64,000 nucleotides of DNA from Candidatus Freyarchaeum deiterrae (GCA_037305845.1 CP147778.1:672001-736000), one strand, 5' to 3'; counted from the stretch's first letter, positions 8,911 to 19,222 are shown. Notes: a model not told the origin generated them from the sequence alone. A program made the numbers and translations.

Positions 8911-10245
8911 CTAACTTGATGCGTTCAGCCCAGCTAGGTAACCCGTGGCTATGGCTACACCCATTCCGCTCTTCTCCGCGATGTAATTGTACCCGGAGAG
9001 TATAGAACCTGCCGCGTACAAGTTACTATATACTGGTTCCCCATCAACAGATATGGGTTGCAGTTTTTCGTTAACATTGATTCCACTGGAAAATAGCTGA
9101 TGTCCTTCCTTTGGAAAGACGTTCCTATTCAGCAATTTTTCCAAGTTCACTTCCGCCAAGTTTTCACCCTCACTACTGTAAACTGGCAGATTGAATATTG
9201 ACTCCTTGAGGAAATCTTTTTCTTCTTTTAGTCCTCCACCGAGGAAACCGCCCGAAGCTAGTATGTACGCGTCGGCTTCGATTTCATCTATTTTTCTGCC
9301 CATCTCCACTTTTAGACTTTTCACCATTTTATTATAGCTTGCACCAACAACTTTGTATCCCCGCCTAACACTCGCACCAGCAATCTGGGCCGCCTTTTCA
9401 AGACGCGTCGCAAGCCGGTATCCTGGGACGGATGGGGGAAAGGATGTGAGCTCGAAAATGTTTGCTCCCGTGGCCTCTGCTAGGGTCTTAAGGTTCTCCT
9501 CGGGAGATTCAATTCCCGCTGTAGGGATGGCGATGTGGTCTGCGGGCTTTGCACTTTTTTGAAGGTTTTGCCCTATCTTTTCAAGTTTCTCCGGATCATC
9601 CATTATTCGTGCGATTTCTATAGCCAGTATGTCACTTCTTCCCTCTAGACCAGGAATATCCAAATATGCGTGGTTCACAGATTTGGGTTTAATTTCAAGA
9701 TGGGGCGCTATATCGGAGAATGATTGAGCGCAGAACTTTGAATCATAGTCGGGGAAGCCTTTCACTCCTACAAAGACTACCGAGGAGTTGTCGAGTTTTT
9801 TTAGGTTACCATGATAGATTGTCGATTGACAGAGACAGGTGGGCTTAAACGTACCCACAAAATTTGTCACCAGAACGTTTTCATCGAGGGAACCCATAAA
9901 ATTGGCTCCCGCAGAGTTCATACTTTCAACAAAATCCTTCAAAGCTTTCCGTACTAGTTCTTCGGATTCCTTCGCTCTTTTCTCCGGCTCAGTTTTTGGG
10001 CCCCCGCCAATAATTGAGTACGGGTGATTCTTATTCTCGCGGGCAATAGTGCGTACTCCCTCGGATGCGGAGGAGAACATATTGCTGCAGGGAAAATATC
10101 CCGCTACATCAATCACGCCCGATGATTGTATGGTGGCTCCAGAACCCTTTTCCACAACGAGAACTTTGAGACCCTCTTCCGCCACTTTTCTTGCGGCTGT
10201 TAGCCCAGCGGCTCCGGCTCCTATAACAAGGACATCAACTTTCAT
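8911..10245 (-). CDS. glpB: Anaerobic glycerol-3-phosphate dehydrogenase subunit B
   Basis: VIGAGAAG, SSGVIDV, PPSVPGYRL, LASGGFLGGGL, NLYAAGSIL, SGMGVAIATG. Confidence 0.88.
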   Translation of the reverse strand: MKVDVLVIGAGAAGLTAARKVAEEGLKVLVVEKGSGATIQSSGVIDVAGYFPCSNMFSSASEGVRTIARENKNHPYSIIGGGPKTEPEKRAKESEELVRKALKDFVESMNSAGANFMGSLDENVLVTNFVGTFKPTCLCQSTIYHGNLKKLDNSSVVFVGVKGFPDYDSKFCAQSFSDIAPHLEIKPKSVNHAYLDIPGLEGRSDILAIEIARIMDDPEKLEKIGQNLQKSAKPADHIAIPTAGIESPEENLKTLAEATGANIFELTSFPPSVPGYRLATRLEKAAQIAGASVRRGYKVVGASYNKMVKSLKVEMGRKIDEIEADAYILASGGFLGGGLKEEKDFLKESIFNLPVYSSEGENLAEVNLEKLLNRNVFPKEGHQLFSSGINVNEKLQPISVDGEPVYSNLYAAGSILSGYNYIAEKSGMGVAIATGYLAGLNASS

Positions 10246-10248
10246 CGC

Positions 10249-11901
10249 TCAGTCCTCCTTCCAGAAGAAGTCTGGTAGATTATCGTAGTTTGCGATGCCG
10301 GCGTATATGGCCTGGTTGAGTTCTTCCTCGCTTACCTGGTCTCCGCGGAGGAGGACACATTTTCCCTTCCATCTTTCTTGGGCGAATTCTAAAGCATCCC
10401 TGTGGGCTTGCTCTGGACTCAGATTAAGCTCCTCGGCGATGACGCTCATAGCTTTGAAGTCGCAGAAAGTGCTCTGGCAGGGACCCATCCCCAATCTCAC
10501 TCTTCTGCGAAGATCGTTCAGGCAGGTTACGAACTCATTTCGTATAGAATATCGTATCTCAGCCTCTGTTATGGATTCGCATACGCAGATGGTGGACTTG
10601 TATTCGGGGTTTTCTCGAGTGAGCTTGAGGATTTCTGGAGTGTTGGATCCGTGCCTGCTTGCTATCCGACCTACAGTGTATGTGGGCATATTATATTCCT
10701 CTGCCAATAATTCTATGTCAACATCCCCTTCTGCGCCGGGTAGGGGTTCTATGTGAGTCCTACACTCTGCCTCAACTCCTAGTTTCTGGCATATGAGGTC
10801 GGTCATTTTTTCAGCCATTATACGGTAGATTACCAGTTTTCCTCCCTCAAAACTCACGATTCCCGATACTCCATCGCGTTCATCATGATCGATTAGCTTG
10901 AAATTGCGTGTGGCTTCGTCTTCGGTTATCCACCATTCGGGTAGCATGGGTCGCACGCCGCACATGGTTCGAGTAATCCGTGCGTCCCTGATGGAGGGTA
11001 CGGCTGCCTCTATACTGGATATGAGATATTCCGCATCATCGTAGCTGGTTTCTGCATCGTCCGGGTTTCCGAAAATGTCCCAGGCGGTGGTGCCCAGAAG
11101 CGTGGTGGAGAAATGGGGAAATAGATAAACGGTTCTTCCATCCAGAGCTCTGCAGACTACCCCTACCCCGGTTATTCTTCGGTCGAAGATAATGTGCGAT
11201 CCCTTGTTGAGTCTGAGGGGCTGATTTATGTCAGCCATTTTTGAAATTCGGGGCACCCAAGGTGCCGCACAGTTAGCGACAAACTTCCCACGAATTTCTT
11301 GGACCTCTCCGGTTTTTTTGTCCTTTACTCTAACGCCCTTAACTCGGTCGCCCTCTCTAATAACATCGATAACTTCGGTGTAATTGCGAACAACGGCACC
11401 GTGGTTCTTAGCGGATAGGGCGTTCAGCATGCAGAGCCTGAAGGGGTCTATAAACATCTCATCAAAATAGGCGGCTAGAAGTATTTTGTCGCTCAGTTTG
11501 GGTTCGATTTTCCTCGCTTCCTCCTTACTTATCAGCGTAATCGGACTTCCGCCTCGAAGAGCGGTGAACTGACTGTAATCCGTTTTCTTTGAAGTTCTAG
11601 CCTTTAGGTCGATATCATTCAGGATCGCGGTAATGATAGGAAGGCGGAAAACAATGTGTTTCGCAATCTTCTGCAGGTGCACAACCTCTTTGGTACACAG
11701 GGCAACCATTTCCGGCTCATCCAGATACTTGACACCGCCCGATATCATGCCCCCACAGGCACCAGCGGTACCTGAAGCGAAATCGTTTCTCTCAAATAGA
11801 ATAGTTTTCAGTCCACGCATAGCGCAGTCACGAGCAGTACCAGCACCAGAAGACCCGCCACCAATTACAATAACATCATACTCATCATTCAAGCAAGACA
11901 T
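10249..11901 (-). CDS. glpA: Anaerobic glycerol-3-phosphate dehydrogenase subunit A
   Basis: IGGGSSGAGTARDCAMRG, KGSHI, GVRP, GGKL..YR.MAE, C-terminal BFD-like CVCE...GMGPCQSTFC. Confidence 0.88.
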   Translation of the reverse strand: MSCLNDEYDVIVIGGGSSGAGTARDCAMRGLKTILFERNDFASGTAGACGGMISGGVKYLDEPEMVALCTKEVVHLQKIAKHIVFRLPIITAILNDIDLKARTSKKTDYSQFTALRGGSPITLISKEEARKIEPKLSDKILLAAYFDEMFIDPFRLCMLNALSAKNHGAVVRNYTEVIDVIREGDRVKGVRVKDKKTGEVQEIRGKFVANCAAPWVPRISKMADINQPLRLNKGSHIIFDRRITGVGVVCRALDGRTVYLFPHFSTTLLGTTAWDIFGNPDDAETSYDDAEYLISSIEAAVPSIRDARITRTMCGVRPMLPEWWITEDEATRNFKLIDHDERDGVSGIVSFEGGKLVIYRIMAEKMTDLICQKLGVEAECRTHIEPLPGAEGDVDIELLAEEYNMPTYTVGRIASRHGSNTPEILKLTRENPEYKSTICVCESITEAEIRYSIRNEFVTCLNDLRRRVRLGMGPCQSTFCDFKAMSVIAEELNLSPEQAHRDALEFAQERWKGKCVLLRGDQVSEEELNQAIYAGIANYDNLPDFFWKED

Positions 11902-12053
11902 CTCCCAAAATTAAAAACAGAGTATGTAATAATAAATTGATGTTGGAAACGGATAAAAATTTCGGAACTTCCAACCATTTGGGTGGGAGCCACATGTAGC
12001 ACCCCCATTTGGCTATTTATTTTATTCCTTTAAAAAGTTAATTACACTAACAC

Positions 12054-12170
12054 TTAGCTTCCTCTACAGAGAAACTCATCTATTCTCTCGGATGCGTCTT
12101 TTACTCCCCAATCCTTTGGTTTTTTAGGAATTTTCCACGCATAATCCTCCACCAGAGGAGCTAAATCGCG
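12054..12170 (-). pseudogene. Possible 3' remnant of a small antitoxin-like gene (KPKDWGVKDASERIDEFL)
   Basis: C-terminal part of the 12054..12251 ORF resembles tails of archaeal VapB-type antitoxins from memory; no credible start. Confidence 0.2.
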
Positions 12171-12273
12171 TAATAGAAATTCATCCTTTCGTTTTACCGC
12201 AAAAAAATGGAAAAATATGGAGAATACGGATAGTTTGTTACGTATTCTCAATTGTTTTGAATTTTTGTATTTA

Positions 12274-13743
12274 TTATTCTCCCGCCATTACTTTTGCGAA
12301 TCCACCAAGCAGTCGCTCCATGAATTTGGGTTGGTACGCGTTGTAGATTTTTTGGTTCTCGGGTTGGGGCATTCTTTCTTCAAGTATTTTTATCATAGAA
12401 TCCACAGCTGCGTCTATTCCGCTGTAGCAACCAGTTCCACTGCTGGTCAGTATGGCTGCTCCTACGGAGGTTGAGTCGGCTAATTGGGGTACCACGACTT
12501 TCTTTCCTACGATGTCTGCTTGTATCTGTCTCCAGAGGGGGGATCTGGCTCCGCCGCCGTCTATGCGTAGCTCGTTGATATTGACTCCCATTCCTGCCAT
12601 AAGGTCTGTCATTCCACGCATTCCGTATGATGTTCCTTCCATTATGGCTCTGGCGATGTGTCTTCTGGTGTGTGCGAAGGAAAGGTTCACGATTTCTCCC
12701 TTAGCGAAATTGAATAGGGGAATTACGAACAATCCTGCTGCTCCCGGTTTCACGGTTTCTGCTTGGTCTTCGATTATGGCGTAGGGGTCTATTCCCATGT
12801 TTTGTGCCAGAGTTTTTTCCTGATGACAGAATTCGTCGCGGAACCATTTCAGAATGGCTCCTGTGCCAGGTAAGACTCCCTCCAGAACCCAGCGGCCTTT
12901 TAAAACGTGAGGCAGCGTGAATAGGATATTCAGTGGATCGTATATGGGTTTTTCTAGATTCGCGTCTACGAATGTTCCAGTCCCGGTGGTCGCCTTAGCC
13001 ACGCCTTCATTGATTGCCCCCACACCCAAGCATGCACATTGCTGGTCGCCTCCACCAACTACGACTGGGGTCCCAGCAGCTAAACCGGTGTAGTCTGCAG
13101 CTTCTTCGATCACCTCTCCAATGACGGTTCCTGCTTGGTAGAGATCCGGCCACATGTCTACGGGTATTCCGAATTCTTCTGCCATGTCGTCGGACCATTT
13201 CATGGTTTCTGGGTCTAGGATGCCGTATGTGGAGTTTGAGTAGTCTGAACCGTAATTTCCGGTGAGTTTGAAGTATATGTAGGAGTCGGTGCTTACCAGC
13301 TTGTGTGCTTTTTCGAAAATGTGAGGATAGTTATCTTTTATCCAGTAAATTTTTTGTAGGGAGATTCTGACGTTCTTTTGGGCAACCTTTTGTCTTATAG
13401 CCTTGTATGAGTCGGATTCCCTGGCATCCATCCAGGTGAGCGCGGGATATAGCACCTCACCGTTTTTATCTAGGGGGCTTATAGCTGCTCTCTGGGTGCA
13501 AACGCCGAGTCCCACTATGTCTTTGGAGTTTATTCTTGCTCTTCTTAAGGCTTCTTTCATAGTTTCTCCGCTGGTTCTCCACCAATCCTGAGGATTCTGT
13601 TCCGATTGCTGAGGGATGTCGGACTTGGTTGGGTATTCGGTGTAGGATGTGCCTATTGTTCGGGCTTCAAGGTCGTATATAATGGAGCGGGTTCCTGTTG
13701 TTCCAATATCCAGAATTGCTATGTATTGACCTCTCTCACTCAT
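12274..13743 (-). CDS. FGGY-family carbohydrate/polyol kinase
   Basis: LDIGTTGTR, EQNPQDWW, GGGDQQC, TTGTGT, DGGGARSPLWRQIQAD; probable start ATG 13743 after GGTGA. Confidence 0.9.
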   Translation of the reverse strand: MSERGQYIAILDIGTTGTRSIIYDLEARTIGTSYTEYPTKSDIPQQSEQNPQDWWRTSGETMKEALRRARINSKDIVGLGVCTQRAAISPLDKNGEVLYPALTWMDARESDSYKAIRQKVAQKNVRISLQKIYWIKDNYPHIFEKAHKLVSTDSYIYFKLTGNYGSDYSNSTYGILDPETMKWSDDMAEEFGIPVDMWPDLYQAGTVIGEVIEEAADYTGLAAGTPVVVGGGDQQCACLGVGAINEGVAKATTGTGTFVDANLEKPIYDPLNILFTLPHVLKGRWVLEGVLPGTGAILKWFRDEFCHQEKTLAQNMGIDPYAIIEDQAETVKPGAAGLFVIPLFNFAKGEIVNLSFAHTRRHIARAIMEGTSYGMRGMTDLMAGMGVNINELRIDGGGARSPLWRQIQADIVGKKVVVPQLADSTSVGAAILTSSGTGCYSGIDAAVDSMIKILEERMPQPENQKIYNAYQPKFMERLLGGFAKVMAGE

Positions 13744-13930
13744 GAATTTCACCTAAAAAGTTTAATACACATCTTTTTATTTATTGCATCAGATATTTAA
13801 CAATTCTTATTCATCGTGCTTCTATTGATGGAAATGATATTAGCGTGTCTTTACTCAAACAACCTGATTTGTAAAACACGAATGAGTTTCTTCCAGCCTT
13901 TAAAAAAAGATGGATTCTCCTTGAAGTGGT

Positions 13931-14629
13931 TTGATGAGGATAGTAGATGAGTTAATTGACGGAGTCTTTCTAGAGAGGGTCAACAAGTTTCTCACAATAA
14001 TCGAGGTAAACAAAACCAGAGTCCCTTGTTTCTTGCCTGACCCGGGTAGATTGCAGGAGTTACTTTACCCAGGCGTGAGGGTTCTATTAGCAGATAGACA
14101 AAAAGAGAATAGGAAGACTCGTTATGATTTAATCGCGGTCTATTACGGTGACCAGTTGATATCTATGGATTCTAGGATACCGAACAAGCTTGTTTTAGAG
14201 GCCCTAGAAAACAAGTTTTTTGACGAGTTCCGGGAGTATTCAACCATTACTCCCGAGTTTAAATTTCATGAAAGTAGACTCGACTTCTTATTGGAGAATG
14301 GAGACAAAAAATGTTTAATCGAAGTGAAATCTTGCACCACTGTCATAGACGGGGTGGCTCTTTTTCCCAGTGCTCCCACTCTTCGGGGCAGGAGACACCT
14401 AATGGAGCTTATGAGGGCCCTGAGGGAGGGTTACAGGAGCTGTATTCTTTTTGTGGTGCAGAGAACTGATGCTAGTGTACTGCGGCCCTATGATTTAATC
14501 GACCATAAATTCGGTGAAACATTAAGAGAAGCATCCAGCCGAGGCGTAGAAGTTTATGCCTATTTTTCAGAATTTGGGGGAAAAGAAATAACTATTAGGG
14601 GAAAAATTCCTGTAGATTTAACTATATGA
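13931..14629 (+). CDS. sfsA: SfsA-family DNA/RNA nuclease
   Basis: R.NKF, PDPGRLQELL, RKT.YDL, SRLDFLL, IEVKSCT, FPSAPT.RG.RHL. Confidence 0.92.
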   Translation: MMRIVDELIDGVFLERVNKFLTIIEVNKTRVPCFLPDPGRLQELLYPGVRVLLADRQKENRKTRYDLIAVYYGDQLISMDSRIPNKLVLEALENKFFDEFREYSTITPEFKFHESRLDFLLENGDKKCLIEVKSCTTVIDGVALFPSAPTLRGRRHLMELMRALREGYRSCILFVVQRTDASVLRPYDLIDHKFGETLREASSRGVEVYAYFSEFGGKEITIRGKIPVDLTI

Positions 14630-14646
14630 AAAAAATTGGGTGGCGT

Positions 14647-15327
14647 TTAGACCTCGAATATTTTTCCTCTGCATTCTGACTCACCGCATTCGTCCAGTTT
14701 ATAGTCCAAGTGTTTCTTTGTAATGATTTCCGGCCCAAAAATGGTGATTGATAGATATATGCATTCCACACCTCCAACTCGGCGTAATATACCCTCGTTC
14801 AACAAAGCATCGCAGGCATCCTTGTACATGCAATTAGGTACTATTATGATTGCTTGATTGTTTTCTCCCCTAATGTGACGTGGCGGAAAAGCTGTTTTAA
14901 CTGCTTTAAACACAACTGGTTCAAGTGTCTTCTGAGCCTTGTAATCGGCTTCGAATATATCTTCGGTGGCCCCGATTAAACTGTTTAACAGACCACTACT
15001 CTCAAGTACAGTTTTCATACCACCATATGCGGCTCTTCTGGAACCCGACCCTGAGGCTCCCTGGAGTTCGCTGTCCGCTCTGATGACACCGTAGCAAAAG
15101 GCGTTGTATCCGAGGGGATACCGGTCCAGATTCGCTATTATGTAGTTTATGACTTCCTCTAGGCCTTGGATGTTTTCAGGCTGCTTTTCTTTCAGCTTCT
15201 CCGCTTCGAATTTTAACGCAAACTCTGTCATCATCCGTATAAAAATGGGACCGAATAGTTTTGCGGTCTCCTCGGCCGCGATTTTTATAGTAAGTAAAAT
15301 ATTTTGGCTATCAGGCTCACTATCCAT
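14647..15327 (-). CDS. Cys4 V4R/MetOD-like family paralogue 1 (frame open upstream to ~15375)
   Basis: Family motifs GPIF.RM..E.AL.FEAEKL.E.PPENIQGL, RYP.GY, PNC.YKDAC, GG.EC, DYKL...EC.G.IFEV. Confidence 0.85.
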   Translation of the reverse strand: MDSEPDSQNILLTIKIAAEETAKLFGPIFIRMMTEFALKFEAEKLKEKQPENIQGLEEVINYIIANLDRYPLGYNAFCYGVIRADSELQGASGSGSRRAAYGGMKTVLESSGLLNSLIGATEDIFEADYKAQKTLEPVVFKAVKTAFPPRHIRGENNQAIIIVPNCMYKDACDALLNEGILRRVGGVECIYLSITIFGPEIITKKHLDYKLDECGESECRGKIFEV

Positions 15328-15744
15328 GATAAATTCATTTTTACTATTAAACGTGATAACCTCACCTTCTGCTATAATTTAGGGATATTTTCTCTCACTT
15401 TTTGTGTTGTTGGTGGTATATTACTTAATCTATATTTATTAATATTCAATATCAATAATATAATCTTCTTATAATGCATTTAAAATTTTATCACGAGTAG
15501 ATTCTTCTATATTTTCGTTATTACTCCTTAATCATGAAGATATCATCAGGGATTAAAATTAAGTCCCCTCCAATTGGAATCCCCTCACTGGGAATCGGAT
15601 TTTCTCGAATTGTTATTCCAGATTCTCTTTTTTGATATTGATTTTCTCTTCTTCTAGTTTGTTGCTTGTTTTAATTATGAATGGCATAGGTTTTTCTCTT
15701 TTTGGAGAACCACTCTCTTCAAATTGCTTTCTTCTTTGAGGGTT

Positions 15745-15895
15745 ATTTTAGGCATAAAATTATTTAATGGGGGGTTGTTCAGTTTTGAAGTGTATGTTTT
15801 CGGTGAAACGAAATGAAGAAATTCGATTTCCATATGCCTATTTTTCAGAATCAGTGGGAAAAGAAATAGCTATTCGAGGGAAGATACCATGGACC
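15745..15895 (+). repeat. Duplication-junction repeat copy 1: PHP-gene promoter/5' end fused to sfsA 3' end
   Basis: TTTCGGTGA....AAATGAAGAAATTCGATTTCCATAT (matches 19208-19245) joined to GCCTATTTTTCAGAAT..GGAAAAGAAATA (matches 14558-14590). Confidence 0.85.
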
Positions 15896-15942
15896 TATTC
15901 AAATGAGTTACTTTAAATAATCATAAATCCCTTAGCGTGTGT

Positions 15943-16659
15943 TTAGACCTCGAACATTCTTCCCTTGCACTCGGGTTTATCAAGTTCTTCCAGTTTATAA
16001 TCTAGGTGTTTTTTTGTTATGATTTCCGGTCCAAAAATGGTAAGTATTAGATATATGCATTCCATGCCTCCTACTAGGCGTGATATACCTTCGTTAAGCA
16101 GAGCTTCGCAGGCATCCTTGTAAGCACAATTGGGTACTGCTACGATTACCTGATTATTCTTTCCCCTGATGTGGCGTGACGTAACAGCTGTTTTAATCGC
16201 TTTGAATATCTCCAGAGACTTGCAATTGGCTTCGAATATATCTTCGGTGGTTCCGATTACACCGTTCAACAGACCGCTGCCCTCGAGTACAGATTTCATG
16301 CCACTGTAGGCGGCTCTTCTGGAACCCGACCCTGTGGAACCTTGGAGTTTGCTGTCCGCTCTGGCTATGCCGTAGATCAGGGCGTTGTATCCTCTGGGGT
16401 ACCGGTTTAAGTTCGCTGTAATGTAATTCGTTACTGCGTCCAGTCCCTGGATGTTTTCTGGTGGTTTTTCTTTCAGCATTCTAGCCTCAAACTTGAGTGC
16501 GTACTCCGACACCATGCGGGTAAAAATGGGACCGTATAGTTTTGAAGTCTCCTCGACCGCAGTTTTTGCGGCAAATAAAACAGTTTGGCTATCGGGCTCG
16601 CATTCCACAACATATTCATTTTTACTATTAGACGTATTGATAACCTCACTTTCTTCCAT
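15943..16659 (-). CDS. Cys4 V4R/MetOD-like family paralogue 2
   Basis: Same family motifs; most similar to paralogue 1. Confidence 0.85.
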   Translation of the reverse strand: MEESEVINTSNSKNEYVVECEPDSQTVLFAAKTAVEETSKLYGPIFTRMVSEYALKFEARMLKEKPPENIQGLDAVTNYITANLNRYPRGYNALIYGIARADSKLQGSTGSGSRRAAYSGMKSVLEGSGLLNGVIGTTEDIFEANCKSLEIFKAIKTAVTSRHIRGKNNQVIVAVPNCAYKDACEALLNEGISRLVGGMECIYLILTIFGPEIITKKHLDYKLEELDKPECKGRMFEV

Positions 16660-16790
16660 AATTTGGGCAGATATTTTCTCTCACTTTATGTGTTGTTGGA
16701 TAGTCAATATTTAATAGGGTTAAAAATGACTTAAATTTTGTTATCACTGAGTAGTGTCTATATCCAAATTACTTAATTATTTGGAGATCG

Positions 16791-16980
16791 TTTTTAGGCA
16801 TAAAATTATTTAATGGGGGGTTGTTCAGTTTTGAAGTGTATGTTTTCGATGAAGTGAAATGAAGAAATTCGATTTGCATATGCTTATTTTTCAGAATTTG
16901 TGGGAAAAGAAATATCTATTCGGGAGAAAATTCCAGTAGATTTAACTGTATGATAAAAAAGGAGAAATTTTGGGTGGCGT
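16791..16980 (+). repeat. Duplication-junction repeat copy 2
   Basis: Same chimera; retains the sfsA end GTAGATTTAACT.TATGA and the spacer TGGGTGGCGTTTAGA seen at 14612-14651. Confidence 0.88.
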
Positions 16981-17691
16981 TTAGATCTCGAATATCATTC
17001 CTCTGCATTCGGGCTTGTCGAATTCTTCCAGCTTATAGTCGAAGTGTTTCTTTGTAATTAGTTCCATACCAGCGGTGGGAATTATCAGATTTACGCATTC
17101 CGAGCCTCCAACCATGCGTGATATTCCCTCGTTTATAAAGGCTAGGCACGCATCCTTGAAAAGACAGTTAGGTACTACCATGGTTAAACCATTGTTTTCT
17201 TCCCTGATGTAGCGCATAGGAATAGTCATTTTAGCTGCCTTTCCTATATCGCAAACCTTTGTAACGGCTTCTAATGCATCTTCGGTAGTTCCTATTGCAT
17301 TGTTTAGCAGACCGCTGATCTCGATTATGGCTTTCATGGCCCTGTAGGCTGCTCTCTTGGCTCCTGCCGCCGTGAATCCTTGGAGTTTGCTCTCAGCTTT
17401 GCCTATGCCGTATATTAGTGAGTTGTATCCTTGGGGGTACTTTTCGAAATTTACTGTGATGTAGTTGTAAACATCATCCACTCCCTGTATGTTTTCGGGT
17501 GGTTTTTCTTTCAGCTTCTCCGCTTCAAACTGTAGCGCATACTCTGCCACCATTCTTGTAAATACGGGTCCGTATAGCTTCGATGTTTCCTCTACCGCAG
17601 ATTTTATGAAAAATAAAGCGTTCTGGTTATCGAACTCGCCAGACTGAATAAATTCATTTTCAATCTTAGTCGTAAGAAGTTCACCTCTCAT
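16981..17691 (-). CDS. Cys4 V4R/MetOD-like family paralogue 3
   Basis: Same family motifs (PNCLFKDAC, GGSEC, DYKLEEFDKPECRG.IFEI). Confidence 0.85.
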   Translation of the reverse strand: MRGELLTTKIENEFIQSGEFDNQNALFFIKSAVEETSKLYGPVFTRMVAEYALQFEAEKLKEKPPENIQGVDDVYNYITVNFEKYPQGYNSLIYGIGKAESKLQGFTAAGAKRAAYRAMKAIIEISGLLNNAIGTTEDALEAVTKVCDIGKAAKMTIPMRYIREENNGLTMVVPNCLFKDACLAFINEGISRMVGGSECVNLIIPTAGMELITKKHFDYKLEEFDKPECRGMIFEI

Positions 17692-18060
17692 ACCCTAAAT
17701 TATTATACTACGCATCTTTCGTTGTTGGTCGCAAATTATTTAATATAGCTCTGTTATATAATTTAGGTTTTGAGTAATTTAAAGCTTATTAATTGCGATT
17801 AGTATCTACTTTTTAACATTATTCTCTGATTGGATATTTTTTCATCATATATTGAAATTTATAAACCCTTCTAATTGGAACTCATTATTTTGAAATTAGA
17901 TTGTCTAGAACTTTCTATCTTGTAGAGCCTGTTTTAATTAGGAATAGCATTAATTCTTTTCTTTTTTGGAGAACTATTTTGCCCCAATGATTGCAAACTA
18001 ATTAAAAATTTATTATATTCTAACTATTAGAATATCAAGTTAATTTCTTCTCCGAGAATC

Positions 18061-18225
18061 ATTTTAGGCATAAAATTATTTAATGGGGGGTTGTTCAGTT
18101 TTGAAGTTTATGTTTTCGGTGAAGTGAAATGAAGAAATTCGATTCCCACATGCTTATTTTTCAGAATTTGTTCAAAAAGAAATAGTCATTAGAGGAAGAA
18201 TACCAGTGAACTTAATGAGTATGAA
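18061..18225 (+). repeat. Duplication-junction repeat copy 3
   Basis: TTTTAGGCATAAAATTATTTAATGGGGGGTTGTTCAGTTTTGAAGT identical to copies 1 and 2, followed by the same PHP/sfsA chimera. Confidence 0.85.
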
Positions 18226-18260
18226 CTATTTTAAACAATGAGAAATTTTGGAGCTTGTAT

Positions 18261-18959
18261 TTAGAACTCGAATATTCTTCCTCTGCATTCGTCCTCTTCG
18301 AATTTATCCAGTCTGTAGTCCAGGTGTTTTTCGGTAACAATTTCCGCCCCAACGTCGGTGACTACTAGAAATACACATTCCGAACCACCGATTAGGCGTG
18401 ATATTCCCTCCTTTGCAAAGGCTTTGCAGGCATCCATGAAAATGCAGTTAGGTACTACTACGATTACTTGATTATTTTCTCCCCTAATGTATCTTGCTGG
18501 AGATGTTGTTTTAAGTTCTTTATTTATCTCCTCGTTCGTGTATATGGCTTCGAATGGATCTTTAGTTTTTCCAATTATGCTGTTCAGCAGACCGGTGCTC
18601 TCGATTACGGATTTCATCGCGCTATACGCGGCTTTTCTAGCTCCTGCTCCTGTAGAACCCCAGAATTTGATATCCGCCTTGGCTATGCCGTAGAGTAGAG
18701 CGCAGTATCCTCTGGGGTACCGGTTCAGGTTTGCGGAGATGTAGTCTGTGACCGCTTCCAGTCCCTGGATGTTTTCGGGCGGTTTCTCGTTCAGTTTCTC
18801 CGCTTCGAATTTGAGTGCGTACTCTGAAACCATGCGTGCGAAAATGGGGCCATATAGTTTTGCTGTCTCATCAGCCGCGGTCTTTGCAACAAGTAAAACA
18901 GTTTGGTTATCGGTCTCGCATTCTACGGTAAATTCATTTTCTTTGCCTTTAGGTAAGAT
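18261..18959 (-). CDS. Cys4 V4R/MetOD-like family paralogue 4, extended beyond the track ORF; needs a non-canonical start
   Basis: Frame open 5' of 18833 and encodes the conserved ENEFTVECETDNQ...ETAKLYGPIFARM, with no ATG/GTG/TTG; ATC at 18959 lies 4 nt after GGTGA. Confidence 0.78.
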   Translation of the reverse strand: MLPKGKENEFTVECETDNQTVLLVAKTAADETAKLYGPIFARMVSEYALKFEAEKLNEKPPENIQGLEAVTDYISANLNRYPRGYCALLYGIAKADIKFWGSTGAGARKAAYSAMKSVIESTGLLNSIIGKTKDPFEAIYTNEEINKELKTTSPARYIRGENNQVIVVVPNCIFMDACKAFAKEGISRLIGGSECVFLVVTDVGAEIVTEKHLDYRLDKFEEDECRGRIFEF

Positions 18960-19222
18960 ACTCTCACCTTCTTCTATAATTTAGAGGTTTTTTCTCCAAA
19001 TTCTTGTGTGCCGATATGCATTATTGATACTATTATTAATATTTGATTAAAATTTGAAGGATTTAAATTTTAGTATCGCTAACTAGTATCTATTTTTTTG
19101 TTATTATTTTAACTGTTGAATATCGTGTTACTTTCTGTATTTGGGAAATCATTTTTAGGTGGAAAAAGCATTTTATAGAAGGTTGCTTCGTTTGAGATTT
19201 GAGGCTGTTTCGGTGATATTAA

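Noticed and set aside
15745-18225. Three ~150-bp repeats as a CRISPR array or MITEs
   Set aside because: Spaced 1.0-1.3 kb apart with whole genes between them; no cas genes, terminal inverted repeats or target duplications; fully explained as duplication junctions
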